Counted from the stretch's first letter, positions 1 to 8,682 are shown. The stretch is 20,627 nt of DNA from Clostridiales bacterium (GCA_004556155.1 SFIM01000035.1:1-20627), one strand, 5' to 3'. A program made the numbers and translations. Notes: generated by a model not told the origin, from the sequence alone.

Positions 1-100
1 CTGCTCTCATTATAGCAAAGGAGGCGCTTCCTGTATCTTAAGCTTTTCCCTCTCACCAGCTCCGCTGGTGGTTTTCTTCTTCGCTGAAGCGACAAAAAGT

Positions 101-126
101 CCTGGATTTTTAAAGAAAAATCCAGG
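101..126 (-). terminator. Intrinsic terminator hairpin downstream of the 144..716 gene, possibly bidirectional
   Basis: Perfect inverted repeat CCTGGATTTTT (101-111) / AAAAATCCAGG (116-126) with a 4-nt loop, 17 nt past the minus-strand stop codon. A/T tracts lie on both sides. Confidence 0.6.
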
Positions 127-143
127 GCTATCTTTTTAGCTTT

Positions 144-716
144 TTACGGCTTGCAGCGCTTGCAAGGCGCGTATCCGCGCTGAATGATTTCCTCGCGCGT
201 GCCTTCGTAAACCTGCCGGTTCTTTTCTTTCATTTGTTTCACGCTGCAGCAGGTGGGCGTGTGAAACTTTTTGGTGTTGCGGTTCAGCACATATTGCTGC
301 GTTGCAGCGGGCGTTTGGGAGAGAGCTTTCCCATCGCAGCCGTAGCAGATTGCGTTTGCTTCGATCTTGTCCGTGCCGATGATATACAGCCCGGATTCCG
401 TTTCCACGCGCAGCGGCGCATCGCGCGTCTCCGTGCCGATATCCAGCAGCGACGCCATGCGCTGGGCGGATTCAATGTGGGTAGGATGGTCGCACAGCAC
501 CAGCACGCGGTCAACGCCCGGCAGGCCGCTTGCCTCTGCCAGACGGCGAACGGCCGCCTCGCCGCCGCTGCCGATCAGCAGCGTTTGATCATCCTGACGC
601 AGCAGCAGAAAGCTACCGTCCGCATCAGGGTATACCCGCGCCGTGTCGGCCAGCGCACAGGCAAACAGCAGCAGCAGCGCCGCAATCAGCGCGGCAAATC
701 GTCTTGCGTGCTTCAT
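144..716 (-). CDS. Putative lipoprotein: degenerate, truncated MBL/ComEC-like domain plus a C-terminal Cys-rich zinc-ribbon-like tail
   Basis: The ORF track gives 144..773. I prefer the ATG at 716 (MKHARRF...), preceded by AAGGAG 8 nt upstream. The N-terminus has a signal peptide with a lipobox-like LLFAC. The central LLIGSGGE...VLVLCDHPTHIES resembles an MBL fold with the HxHxDH motif lost. The C-terminal NRNTKKFHTPTC...APCKRC motif is typical of tails on Firmicute MBL/ComEC-like proteins. Confidence 0.6.
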   Translation of the reverse strand: MKHARRFAALIAALLLLFACALADTARVYPDADGSFLLLRQDDQTLLIGSGGEAAVRRLAEASGLPGVDRVLVLCDHPTHIESAQRMASLLDIGTETRDAPLRVETESGLYIIGTDKIEANAICYGCDGKALSQTPAATQQYVLNRNTKKFHTPTCCSVKQMKEKNRQVYEGTREEIIQRGYAPCKRCKP

Positions 717-720
717 AGGC

Positions 721-1452
721 TCAGCTCCTTTGCATGAACGTCCCGTTGGGCAATAGCTGCAATTCCAAATCACAGGGCAGGTGGCTGCTCAGGCACAGCC
801 GCACGTTGGGACCGTCGCTTTCCTGATAGAATAGCGCAGCCTGCTCATGTGTTTTGTCGCCGCGCATCTTGCGCTCAATCAGGCGCTGGCGAAGCAGAAT
901 TTCGTCCGCCGTGATGAACACAGCATAGTCGCGCGGCAGATCGCGCCATATGGGCTGATCCAGCAGCAGATAATTGCCCTCGACCAGCACAATGGGCGCG
1001 GTCACGGGGATGGCCTCCTCCACCACATCGTGCAGCATGCGGTCGTAGGCAGGCCAGCGCAGATTGCCCGCGCGCAGAGCCAGCAGGGTATCTCGCAGGC
1101 GCTGCACGTCAAAGGTATCCGGCGCGCCCTTGACGCGGCGCATTTCAATCTCCTTGCCATTGCGCACAACGGTGTGGGAAAGAATGTAATCCTGATGATA
1201 GTGAAAGCCATCCATGCCCAGCGCCTGCACGGCAGGCATGCTGGGCAGCTGCGCAGCCAGGTGGGATAGAAAATCCACCAGCGTGCTTTTGCCCGTAGCG
1301 GGCGGCGCGGCGATGAAGGCGATGATGCGGCGCGCGCGGCTTTCATGCAGCTGCTGCAAACGGCGCAGCAGGGGAATGAAGATTTCTTCTACATTTTGAT
1401 CGTCATAGTGCGCGGATACCGGGTATCCATTGATAACGGCATGATATTGCAA
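721..1452 (-). CDS. P-loop nucleoside/nucleotide kinase family protein (uridine kinase/PRK/PanK-like)
   Basis: 243-aa ORF with a TTG start preceded by GGAGG 8 nt upstream. Walker A is AAPPATGKST, and GMDGFHY and LVEGNYLL motifs resemble the PRK/uridine-kinase-like family. Its stop lies 5 nt before the next gene start, so the two form an operon. Confidence 0.6.
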   Translation of the reverse strand: MQYHAVINGYPVSAHYDDQNVEEIFIPLLRRLQQLHESRARRIIAFIAAPPATGKSTLVDFLSHLAAQLPSMPAVQALGMDGFHYHQDYILSHTVVRNGKEIEMRRVKGAPDTFDVQRLRDTLLALRAGNLRWPAYDRMLHDVVEEAIPVTAPIVLVEGNYLLLDQPIWRDLPRDYAVFITADEILLRQRLIERKMRGDKTHEQAALFYQESDGPNVRLCLSSHLPCDLELQLLPNGTFMQRS

Positions 1453-1482
1453 GTTGTTAGCCTCCGTGCGTGCGTATAACTC

Positions 1483-1511
1483 ATTATAGCATGATTTGCG
1501 CGCAAAAGCAA
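1483..1511 (-). promoter_or_regulatory. Sigma-A type promoter for the kinase/lipoprotein operon
   Basis: On the minus strand: TTGCTT (1511-1506), a 17-nt spacer, then TATAAT (1488-1483) with an extended TGc. It sits about 30 nt upstream of the TTG start. Confidence 0.45.
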
Positions 1512-1570
1512 TGATTCTCGCATTTCGAGAGCCATTCCCGGTGCAATCGGTAGCTTTTTACCTCGCAGCA

Positions 1571-1579
1571 TGGTAGAAT
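1571..1579 (+). promoter_or_regulatory. Extended -10 promoter element for the XRE-family gene
   Basis: TGgTAGAAT lies 33 nt upstream of the ATG at 1612. No good -35 is present. Confidence 0.35.
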
Positions 1580-1611
1580 AAGCCCGTACTTCAGCATAGG
1601 AGGAACGAAAA

Positions 1612-2913
1612 ATGGAGCGTAAATCCATCGGCACGCTGATTGCCGCGCTGCGGCGCGCAAACGGCCTGACGCAAAAACAGCTGGCCGATCAGCTAGGGGT
1701 GTCCGATAAAGCGGTCAGCCGCTGGGAGCGGGATGAAAGCCTGCCTGATCTGACGCTGCTGCCGGTGATTGCCGATTTGTTTCATATTACAGTGGATGAG
1801 CTGCTGCGCGGGGAGCGCCGCGCGCAGGCGGACGGCGCAGCGGAGGCGCAGGCAAACGCCGATCACGAACGGCTGAAAAGGCAGACGCGCCGCGTGCTGA
1901 ACGCTGCATTTGGCCGCGCGCATGGGCGCATGCTGATTGGGCTTGGCTGCGGCTTTGCGGGGCTGCTGACGGCGATGATCTGCAATTTCGCGGTGATGCG
2001 CGCGCTGCCTGGGCTGGCGGTAGGTTTGCTTTTGTGCCTGGCAGGCGCGGCGCTGCTGGGCGCGTTTGCCGCCGCCGCCCTGCGCGCGGATGCGGAGGAG
2101 GAATACGATGCGGGCGCGCTGCGCGAGTACCGCGTCCGCGTGATTGCCAGCGTCAAGCGCATCGGCATGGCGCTGCTGGCCATGATCGCGCTGATCCTGC
2201 CGCTGGCGGCATGCCTGCCGGGCATATCGGCAGGGTATGTGGACGTATGGGTGCAGCCGGAGGAATGGCTCAAGGGGGCGGCGCTTTTCGGGGCGCTGCT
2301 GGGCACGGCGGCATGCCTGGGGCTGTATCTGATCAATCGGCGGCTGTCGGCGAATGGGCTGTATCCTGTCGCGCGCAGGCATGCGCATGCCTGGGTTGCG
2401 GGTATACTGACGGCAGCCATGTGCCTGACGCTGCTGATAGATGCGGTGACGGTCAATAGCAGATGGATGGATAATCCCGACGCCTGGGCAAACTTTACGG
2501 ATTTTGCAGCGTTTCAGCAGTGGTGCGAGGAGCAGGCTGCAAACGGAAAAAATGAGCAAAGCGATGAAAATGCCGGCGCGCAGATAGCGGCATACTACTA
2601 TGATGAGAACGGAAATGAGGTGCCCATACAGGACGTTTTCCGGGCAACGGTATATGACCCGAAATCAGATTATAAGCGCGCGCTGGGCGAAATCAATACC
2701 GCGGGACTGTTAGGATGGACGGTATATTCTACGGGGGACACCGTTATTTTCCGCGGCAGCACGGAGGAGCTGCAGGCGCCCATCAGGGCGGCCTATCAGA
2801 CCAAATTGCAGATCATCCGCCTGCTTTTGTGCCTGGAGCCGCTGCTGGCGCTGGCAGCCTGGATCCTGATCGCGGCAAATTATCCTTCTCATGCTCGCAA
2901 TGGCAAAAAATAA
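1612..2913 (+). CDS. Membrane-tethered XRE-family (HTH_3) transcriptional regulator
   Basis: AGGAGG lies 8 nt upstream. The N-terminal LRRANGLTQKQLADQLGVSDKAVSRWERDES is a classic Cro/C1 HTH. It is followed by several hydrophobic segments (about aa 105-290), a roughly 110-aa polar domain and a terminal hydrophobic helix. Confidence 0.8.
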   Translation: MERKSIGTLIAALRRANGLTQKQLADQLGVSDKAVSRWERDESLPDLTLLPVIADLFHITVDELLRGERRAQADGAAEAQANADHERLKRQTRRVLNAAFGRAHGRMLIGLGCGFAGLLTAMICNFAVMRALPGLAVGLLLCLAGAALLGAFAAAALRADAEEEYDAGALREYRVRVIASVKRIGMALLAMIALILPLAACLPGISAGYVDVWVQPEEWLKGAALFGALLGTAACLGLYLINRRLSANGLYPVARRHAHAWVAGILTAAMCLTLLIDAVTVNSRWMDNPDAWANFTDFAAFQQWCEEQAANGKNEQSDENAGAQIAAYYYDENGNEVPIQDVFRATVYDPKSDYKRALGEINTAGLLGWTVYSTGDTVIFRGSTEELQAPIRAAYQTKLQIIRLLLCLEPLLALAAWILIAANYPSHARNGKK

Positions 2914-2923
2914 TCCAAAATAG

Positions 2924-3625
<702 letters not shown>

Positions 3626-3632
3626 TCACCCC

Positions 3633-4544
3633 ATGCGCTGGAACGAAAAAAGCGTTTGCAATCAAGCCGCGGTATATGGTTTTACCGCGGCTTATTGCTT
3701 TGCGCCCCTGCCGCAGGATGGCGCGCCGGAGGGTTGCCGCACGCTGATTCTGCTGGTGCGCGCCTATCGCCCTGGCGGCAGGCTGGTGGATCGTTTTTAT
3801 CCGGCCAGCAACGCGGCCTATCATCAGGCACATGCGCTGGTGCAGCTTTTATCGCAGGATATGCAGGCATGGCCGTTGAGTAATCTGCGGTTGAAGCCTA
3901 TCTGCAATCGCCTGCCGCAGTTTGGACGCGGCATCAATACGCTGAACTATTTGAAGGGCATTGGCTCGAGATTTTGCCTGGAATTGATCGGCGTTTCAGA
4001 TGATTTGATAGAGAAAACAAAAATAATAAACCAGAATAATAAAATTAAAGACTGGAATTTAAAGTGTGCATCCTGCAATCAGTGTAGAAACGCTTGCCCT
4101 ACGGGCGCGATTACAGCCGAAGGCTTTGTGCGTGAGCGCTGCCTGCGCAACTATATGCTGTCTGGCAAGAGCGTGCCGCAGGAGTTTCGCGCACATTACG
4201 GCGTGCCGGGCGAGGCCATGGGGGTGATTGGCTGCGATATCTGCCAACGCGTTTGCCCCTATAACGCATTACCGGAGCGCGAACGCCAGGATACCGACGA
4301 GTTTACGCTGGCCGAGCTGCTGGCATGTGCGCCGGATACGATGGAGCGCTTTGCGACGTTGTACGGGCGCAACTATGCCATCCGCAACCGCGTGATCGCG
4401 CAGGCCTTGCTGGCAGCCGCAAACAGCGGTGATACGGCTTTTTTGCCGCAGATTATGGCGCTGGAAAACAGCCCTTCGCCCGCTGTGGCGGAGCATGCCC
4501 GCTGGGCTGCAACAAAATTGAAAGATTTACAGAATCTTTATTAA
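3633..4544 (+). CDS. QueG-like epoxyqueuosine reductase family Fe-S protein (short form)
   Basis: Two ferredoxin-type cluster motifs, CASCNQCRNACP and CDICQRVCPYN, followed by a HEAT-like C-terminal segment (NSPSPAVAEHARWAATKL). The ATG at 3633 was chosen because 3495-3632 of the tracked ORF overlaps upp out of frame. No obvious RBS is present. Confidence 0.55.
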   Translation: MRWNEKSVCNQAAVYGFTAAYCFAPLPQDGAPEGCRTLILLVRAYRPGGRLVDRFYPASNAAYHQAHALVQLLSQDMQAWPLSNLRLKPICNRLPQFGRGINTLNYLKGIGSRFCLELIGVSDDLIEKTKIINQNNKIKDWNLKCASCNQCRNACPTGAITAEGFVRERCLRNYMLSGKSVPQEFRAHYGVPGEAMGVIGCDICQRVCPYNALPERERQDTDEFTLAELLACAPDTMERFATLYGRNYAIRNRVIAQALLAAANSGDTAFLPQIMALENSPSPAVAEHARWAATKLKDLQNLY

Positions 4545-4583
4545 AAAAATATTACAAAACATAGTGCATTTGTTGCGAACTTG

Positions 4584-4592
4584 TGTTATAAT
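4584..4592 (+). promoter_or_regulatory. Extended -10 promoter element upstream of the methyltransferase gene
   Basis: TGtTATAAT in an AT-rich intergenic stretch, 50 nt upstream of the ATG at 4642. Confidence 0.35.
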
Positions 4593-4641
4593 CATTTTGT
4601 CGAACGGCAAAATGGTTATTTTTGTTTGGAGGAAGCACGCA

Positions 4642-5226
4642 ATGCTCGAACGGGTTCAGGAACGCTCCTGGCTGCACGCGCTGGGTTTGCAGGATCGGAC
4701 GCACCTGCGCGGAGCGCAAAAGGCGCTGGCGCAGTGGGCAATCGTGGATGATTATAACAATATTCTGGATTTGAGCTGCCAGGATACCCGGCTGCTGCGC
4801 TTCCTTTCGCAAAAATATAGTCTGCGCGCCTGCGGCATCGCGGATGATCCCGAGCATGCGCGCGCGCTGCGGTTGGAGCTGCCGGACGCGGAGATCTTCT
4901 GCGCCCGCAAGGAGGATATTCCCTGGCGCGATCAGGCGTTCGACGCTGTGTTTTATCAGATGAAAAAGAACGCGCCCGCCTTTGACGGCACTTTCCTGCG
5001 CGAGGCCGCGCGGGTGCTCAAGCCCGGCGGGCAATTGCTGATTGCCGTGCAGGGCGCGCCCGAGCCCCTGTGCAAGGTAGGGGAACTCCTGGGCCTGTGC
5101 GACGGCGATGACCACGTGTCGCCCGCGCAGCTGCTTAAAAGCATGGAGGACGCGGGCTTGGAGGATGTATCCTGGCGACTGGCACAGCCGATGGTCTGCC
5201 TGGCCATGGGCTGGCGGCGCCGCTGA
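4642..5226 (+). CDS. Class I SAM-dependent methyltransferase-like protein
   Basis: The ATG at 4642 is preceded by GGAGG. Rossmann-type layout with ILDLSCQD (a degenerate motif I), DAVFY and VLKPGGQLLIAV (the post-II motif of Methyltransf_11-like proteins). Confidence 0.6.
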   Translation: MLERVQERSWLHALGLQDRTHLRGAQKALAQWAIVDDYNNILDLSCQDTRLLRFLSQKYSLRACGIADDPEHARALRLELPDAEIFCARKEDIPWRDQAFDAVFYQMKKNAPAFDGTFLREAARVLKPGGQLLIAVQGAPEPLCKVGELLGLCDGDDHVSPAQLLKSMEDAGLEDVSWRLAQPMVCLAMGWRRR

Positions 5227-5237
5227 GCGGAGGTTAT

Positions 5238-5885
5238 ATGGAAAGCGGAAAACGCATTGAAATGATCTATAACGGGAAGGCTGTTACCATCCTTAACCAG
5301 CGCAGCCGCCTGTGGACGCACCCCTACGATTACAGAACACCGCAGAAGGCAACGTTATCCAGCGCCGGCTGCGGTGTGTTTTCTATCTGCCATTGCGGCC
5401 AGTGGCTGACAGGCAAGGCTTTTTCGCCCGAGGAGCTGGCGGACTTTTCCATGCAGAACGGCGGCCGCGGCGACGACGGTACCGACCGTCCTGCGCTCTT
5501 GTCCGCCATGATGCAAAAGGGCCTGGCGGCGCAGTATGGCTTCAGTTATCAGGGCGATGGGCTGCGCAATGATCTGGAAACGCTGCGGGTGCATCTGCTG
5601 GAGCACCGCGGCGTAGCGCTGTGCAATCTGCGCGTGGGGCATATCGTATCGCTGCTGGATGCGCGCGAGGCGGACGGCGAGGTGCAGGCATTGGCGCTGG
5701 ATTCCTACAGCGAATCGATGGAAGAAAAGATTCGTCCGCATGTGCGGGAAATTGTGCCGCAAAGCGCGGTGGATACGCTGGTGCGAAACGACGCGGGGCT
5801 GGTTGTGGGTCAGCGACGGCAGTATGCCATGTATTGGGTGGATACCGCCATTGTGCGCGATTTTAACCTGCTGCACGCGCTTTGA
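5238..5885 (+). CDS. Hypothetical protein, possible papain-fold/C39-like cysteine peptidase
   Basis: GGAGG lies 4 nt upstream. Candidate nucleophile context is SSAGCGVFSICH, with a downstream LRVGHIVSLLD. No family was firmly recognised. Confidence 0.5.
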   Translation: MESGKRIEMIYNGKAVTILNQRSRLWTHPYDYRTPQKATLSSAGCGVFSICHCGQWLTGKAFSPEELADFSMQNGGRGDDGTDRPALLSAMMQKGLAAQYGFSYQGDGLRNDLETLRVHLLEHRGVALCNLRVGHIVSLLDAREADGEVQALALDSYSESMEEKIRPHVREIVPQSAVDTLVRNDAGLVVGQRRQYAMYWVDTAIVRDFNLLHAL

Positions 5886-5905
5886 CGCATTAAAGGGGTT
5901 TTATC

Positions 5906-7630
5906 ATGACCAAACGCAGAGCCTTCAAAAGATGGATCGCGGGGCTTTCCGCGCTGGTAATGCTGCTGACGATCGGCCTTGCGCTGCCTGTGGGCGCGCG
6001 GGCTGAAAAGAATACCGTGCGCGTGCTGCTGACGCGCCTGAACCTGACCGACCGGCTGGAAATCGCCCTGGACGGCAGCTATACGCTGGACGGCATGAGC
6101 TTTCAGCGCGGCTCCAGGCTGGTGCTGTCCTGCGCGACAGGGCGCATCATGGTCTATTACGAGGGCATGGCGCTGGACAGCGGCAAGGAGCTTGTTCTTA
6201 CCCGCCATCAGGCAGCGGAGGGCTTGGAAAACGGCCTGCGCCTGAATGGCGATTACGCGCTGTATCGCGGCGATTTGCATGTGAAGACGGATGGAAAAAT
6301 GCTGACCGCTGTGCTGCATATCCCCATCGAGGAATACCTGCTGGGCGTGGTGCCCTATGAGATGAGCGACAGCTTTCCGCTGGAAGCGCTCAAGGCGCAG
6401 GCGGTCGCCGCGCGCACCTATGCGCTGTATAAGATGCGGGGAGCCAGCGGCGCGTATGATCTGGTGGATAATACCAACGATCAGGTATTCCGCGGCTATA
6501 ACGCCAGCAACGAGCGCGCTATCCGCGCCGTGCAGGAGACGGCGGGCGTGGCCTGCTATAATAATGGTGCGCTGGCAATTTGCTATTACACGGCCAGCAA
6601 TGGCGGCCAGGTGGAGCTGGTGCGCAATGTGTGGGGCAAGGGCGAGGGTGATTACATCACCATGCACGATGATCCCTACGATGTGGAAAATCCCGAAAGC
6701 GTGGTCAAATCTGCCGCTATTGCCAAAACAGCCAAGGATGGGATCGTCTATAATCAGCAGCTGACGGATTATCTGCTGGACGGCGTATCCGAGGCCGTGA
6801 CGGCACTGGGGTACAGCGGCGACGCGGCAGATACGCGCATTGCCGGGGTGGCGGGCATCAGCCTGCATACGCCGCAGGGCGGGACGAGCGCCAAGGTAAT
6901 GACGCAGATGCGCTTTGATCTGACGGTGCAGTGCCGCCAAAAGCCCACCGCCGCCATGCAGGATGAAGAGGTGAACCTTTTTGCCATGCCGGAAACGACC
7001 CCCGAGGCCACCTCTGCGCCGCAGCCGACCCAGGCGCCATTTGTTACGCTGGAGCAAACGGTGCAGGTGGATGTGCCGGTGTTCAGCGCCATCGAGCCCT
7101 GGCTGGGTCTATCCATCAATGGCAGTAACAACGAGATCCTGACCGTGCGCGAGGAGAATGACCGGTATGTGATTGAATCCCGTCGCTACGGTCACGGCGT
7201 AGGCATGAGCCAGCGCGGCGCGCAGTGGATGGCCGGGCAGTACGGATGGACATACGATCAGATCCTGCGGTTCTATTATCCGGGGCTGGCGCTCAAAAAG
7301 ACCGATACGCAGGTGACACTGCCGCCGACGGTATCCGCTGCCTTCCTGACTACGCCCGGCCCTGCGGCTACGCCCACGCCGCGCCCCACCCTGATGCCGG
7401 CTTCCGATCAGCTGAAGGCGGGCGAATGGCGCGTTAAGGTAACGCAGATATCTGCCAATTCTTCCCTGAATCTGCGCAGCGCTCCCAGCACGGCTTCCGA
7501 TGTACTGCGCGTGCTCTATTATGGGCAGGAGCTGCTTGCTTCCCCCTGTGATGAGGAGGGGTGGATCAAGGTGCGCACCGACGTGACCGAAGGCTATGTG
7601 ATGGAAAAGTTTGTGGAAAAAATAGAATAA
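5906..7630 (+). CDS. SpoIID/LytB domain protein with C-terminal SH3b domain
   Basis: N-terminal signal/anchor (LSALVMLLTIGLALPVGARA). SpoIID hallmarks are EEYLLGVVPYEM, LKAQAVAARTYAL, YYTASNGGQ and GHGVGMSQRGAQ. A Pro/Thr-rich linker is followed by an SH3b-like WRVKV...LNLRSAPS...GWIKV. Confidence 0.85.
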   Translation: MTKRRAFKRWIAGLSALVMLLTIGLALPVGARAEKNTVRVLLTRLNLTDRLEIALDGSYTLDGMSFQRGSRLVLSCATGRIMVYYEGMALDSGKELVLTRHQAAEGLENGLRLNGDYALYRGDLHVKTDGKMLTAVLHIPIEEYLLGVVPYEMSDSFPLEALKAQAVAARTYALYKMRGASGAYDLVDNTNDQVFRGYNASNERAIRAVQETAGVACYNNGALAICYYTASNGGQVELVRNVWGKGEGDYITMHDDPYDVENPESVVKSAAIAKTAKDGIVYNQQLTDYLLDGVSEAVTALGYSGDAADTRIAGVAGISLHTPQGGTSAKVMTQMRFDLTVQCRQKPTAAMQDEEVNLFAMPETTPEATSAPQPTQAPFVTLEQTVQVDVPVFSAIEPWLGLSINGSNNEILTVREENDRYVIESRRYGHGVGMSQRGAQWMAGQYGWTYDQILRFYYPGLALKKTDTQVTLPPTVSAAFLTTPGPAATPTPRPTLMPASDQLKAGEWRVKVTQISANSSLNLRSAPSTASDVLRVLYYGQELLASPCDEEGWIKVRTDVTEGYVMEKFVEKIE

Positions 7631-7641
7631 GCAGAAAAGCA

Positions 7642-7673
7642 AGCGGTGTGACCATAAAGGCCACGCCGCTTTT
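7642..7673 (-). terminator. Hairpin in the convergent intergenic region, likely terminator for the minus-strand operon
   Basis: A 12-bp imperfect stem, AGCGGTGTGACC / GGCCACGCCGCT. On the minus strand it is followed by TGCTTTTCTG. Confidence 0.45.
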
Positions 7674-7681
7674 GAATGCTG

Positions 7682-7711
7682 AGCGTCTGCCGTGAAAGCA
7701 GGCGCTTTTTT
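7682..7711 (+). terminator. Intrinsic terminator of the SpoIID-like gene
   Basis: Stem AGCGTCTGC / GCAGGCGCT with a 7-nt loop, followed by TTTTTT. Confidence 0.6.
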
Positions 7712-7719
7712 ATAATCCT

Positions 7720-8670
7720 TTAGTTGAAGGTGACGTACTGATCCTTGGCTTTTTCGGTGGGCTCGGCGCTCACCTGCATCAGCGCTACCACCTCATGATC
7801 CTGCGCCTTGTTGTATACCGTTTGCGCCTTGGCGGTGAGGGTATACCACTGCGTCTTGGAGGGCTTGAGATCACCCCGGCACAGGAAGCCCAGGCAAGTG
7901 ATATCGTTGGCGCAGCAGGTCATGGCCAGACGGCCGAAGCGGAAGAACCCCTTCGGCACGCCGGGCTCGGCAAACACCTGCCCCTTGAAGCGCACCACCT
8001 TATCATCGTAGCGGTTAGGGTGATCCAGCGCGTCCAGGTAGAAAGTGCCGTAATTCTCCTCGCTGATGTCGATCACGTCCGCCTTCATATCATAGGGCAG
8101 ATCCTCGTCGGATACGCCGTCATCCGAGTGGCCATCGTTGTATTCAAACAGGATGGTCGTGGTGCTGTTCATGGCGCGCAGCTGCCGCCGCCAGGCGCTG
8201 ACGTTCATATCGTTTTCGCAGCGATTGAACAGGATCAGGTCGGCGTTCTGCATGGGATCGGTCATCAGCTGGCGCATATTGTTCATGTAGGAGTCGAAGG
8301 TCGTCGCATCCACCATGTCAATCACCTGCACAAGCTCCCACTTGGGGGGCAGCTGCATGGTATCCAGCTTTGCAAAGGTGAAGGTGTTGTTGTATTCGAT
8401 GATGACGCGCTCGGGCTTATACTGCTTGTTCAAATCCACAAACAGGGAGGGCGTCATGTCCTCCACGCTGTCCACCATGTGCAGCGTCACCTTTTGCTTG
8501 GCCAGCTTTTCCGCGTCGTATTCCTCCTCGCCGTCCTCGCAGACGACCAGCAGCGTTTTCTGCCCGCGGGAGAAGCTCTCGTCGTCGATCATGTTGTGGA
8601 TCAGCGTGGTTTTGCCGCTGTCCAGAAAACCGGCGACAATATAAATGGGGATAATCTGATTGACAGGCAT
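7720..8670 (-). CDS. Degenerate G3E (CobW-like) P-loop GTPase domain fused to a DUF1980/YcgQ-type C-terminal CC-motif domain
   Basis: AAGGAG lies 7 nt upstream. The N-terminus has Walker A VAGFLDSGKTTL with CobW-like order (LVVCEDGEEE, VIIEYNN, VIDMVDATTF, ADLILFNR) but no GCxCC motif. The C-terminal VRFKGQVF...FRFGRLAMTCCANDITCLGFLC...DQYVTFN matches my recollection of the soluble C-terminal domain of YcgQ/TIGR03943 proteins (ARFxMTCCAAD ... PYVY). Confidence 0.65.
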   Translation of the reverse strand: MPVNQIIPIYIVAGFLDSGKTTLIHNMIDDESFSRGQKTLLVVCEDGEEEYDAEKLAKQKVTLHMVDSVEDMTPSLFVDLNKQYKPERVIIEYNNTFTFAKLDTMQLPPKWELVQVIDMVDATTFDSYMNNMRQLMTDPMQNADLILFNRCENDMNVSAWRRQLRAMNSTTTILFEYNDGHSDDGVSDEDLPYDMKADVIDISEENYGTFYLDALDHPNRYDDKVVRFKGQVFAEPGVPKGFFRFGRLAMTCCANDITCLGFLCRGDLKPSKTQWYTLTAKAQTVYNKAQDHEVVALMQVSAEPTEKAKDQYVTFN

Positions 8671-8682
8671 GAGAATGCTCCT

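Noticed and set aside
54-70. CACCAGC-tcc-GCTGGTG hairpin followed by a T-rich run, and a TGcTATAAT-like element on the minus strand at 6-14
   Set aside because: These lie too close to the window edge to link to any gene. The stem is short, and no coding context is visible.
5810-7057. 415-aa minus-strand ORF opposite the SpoIID-like gene. Similar long antisense ORFs occur at 12390..13583 (397 aa, opposite moaA), 15694..16713 (339 aa, opposite the membrane genes), 1693..2559 (288 aa) and 2813..3568 (251 aa, opposite upp)
   Set aside because: All are Arg/His/Gln/Ala-rich low-complexity translations with no motifs or RBS. Each lies opposite an ORF with strong family signatures or clear membrane-protein character.
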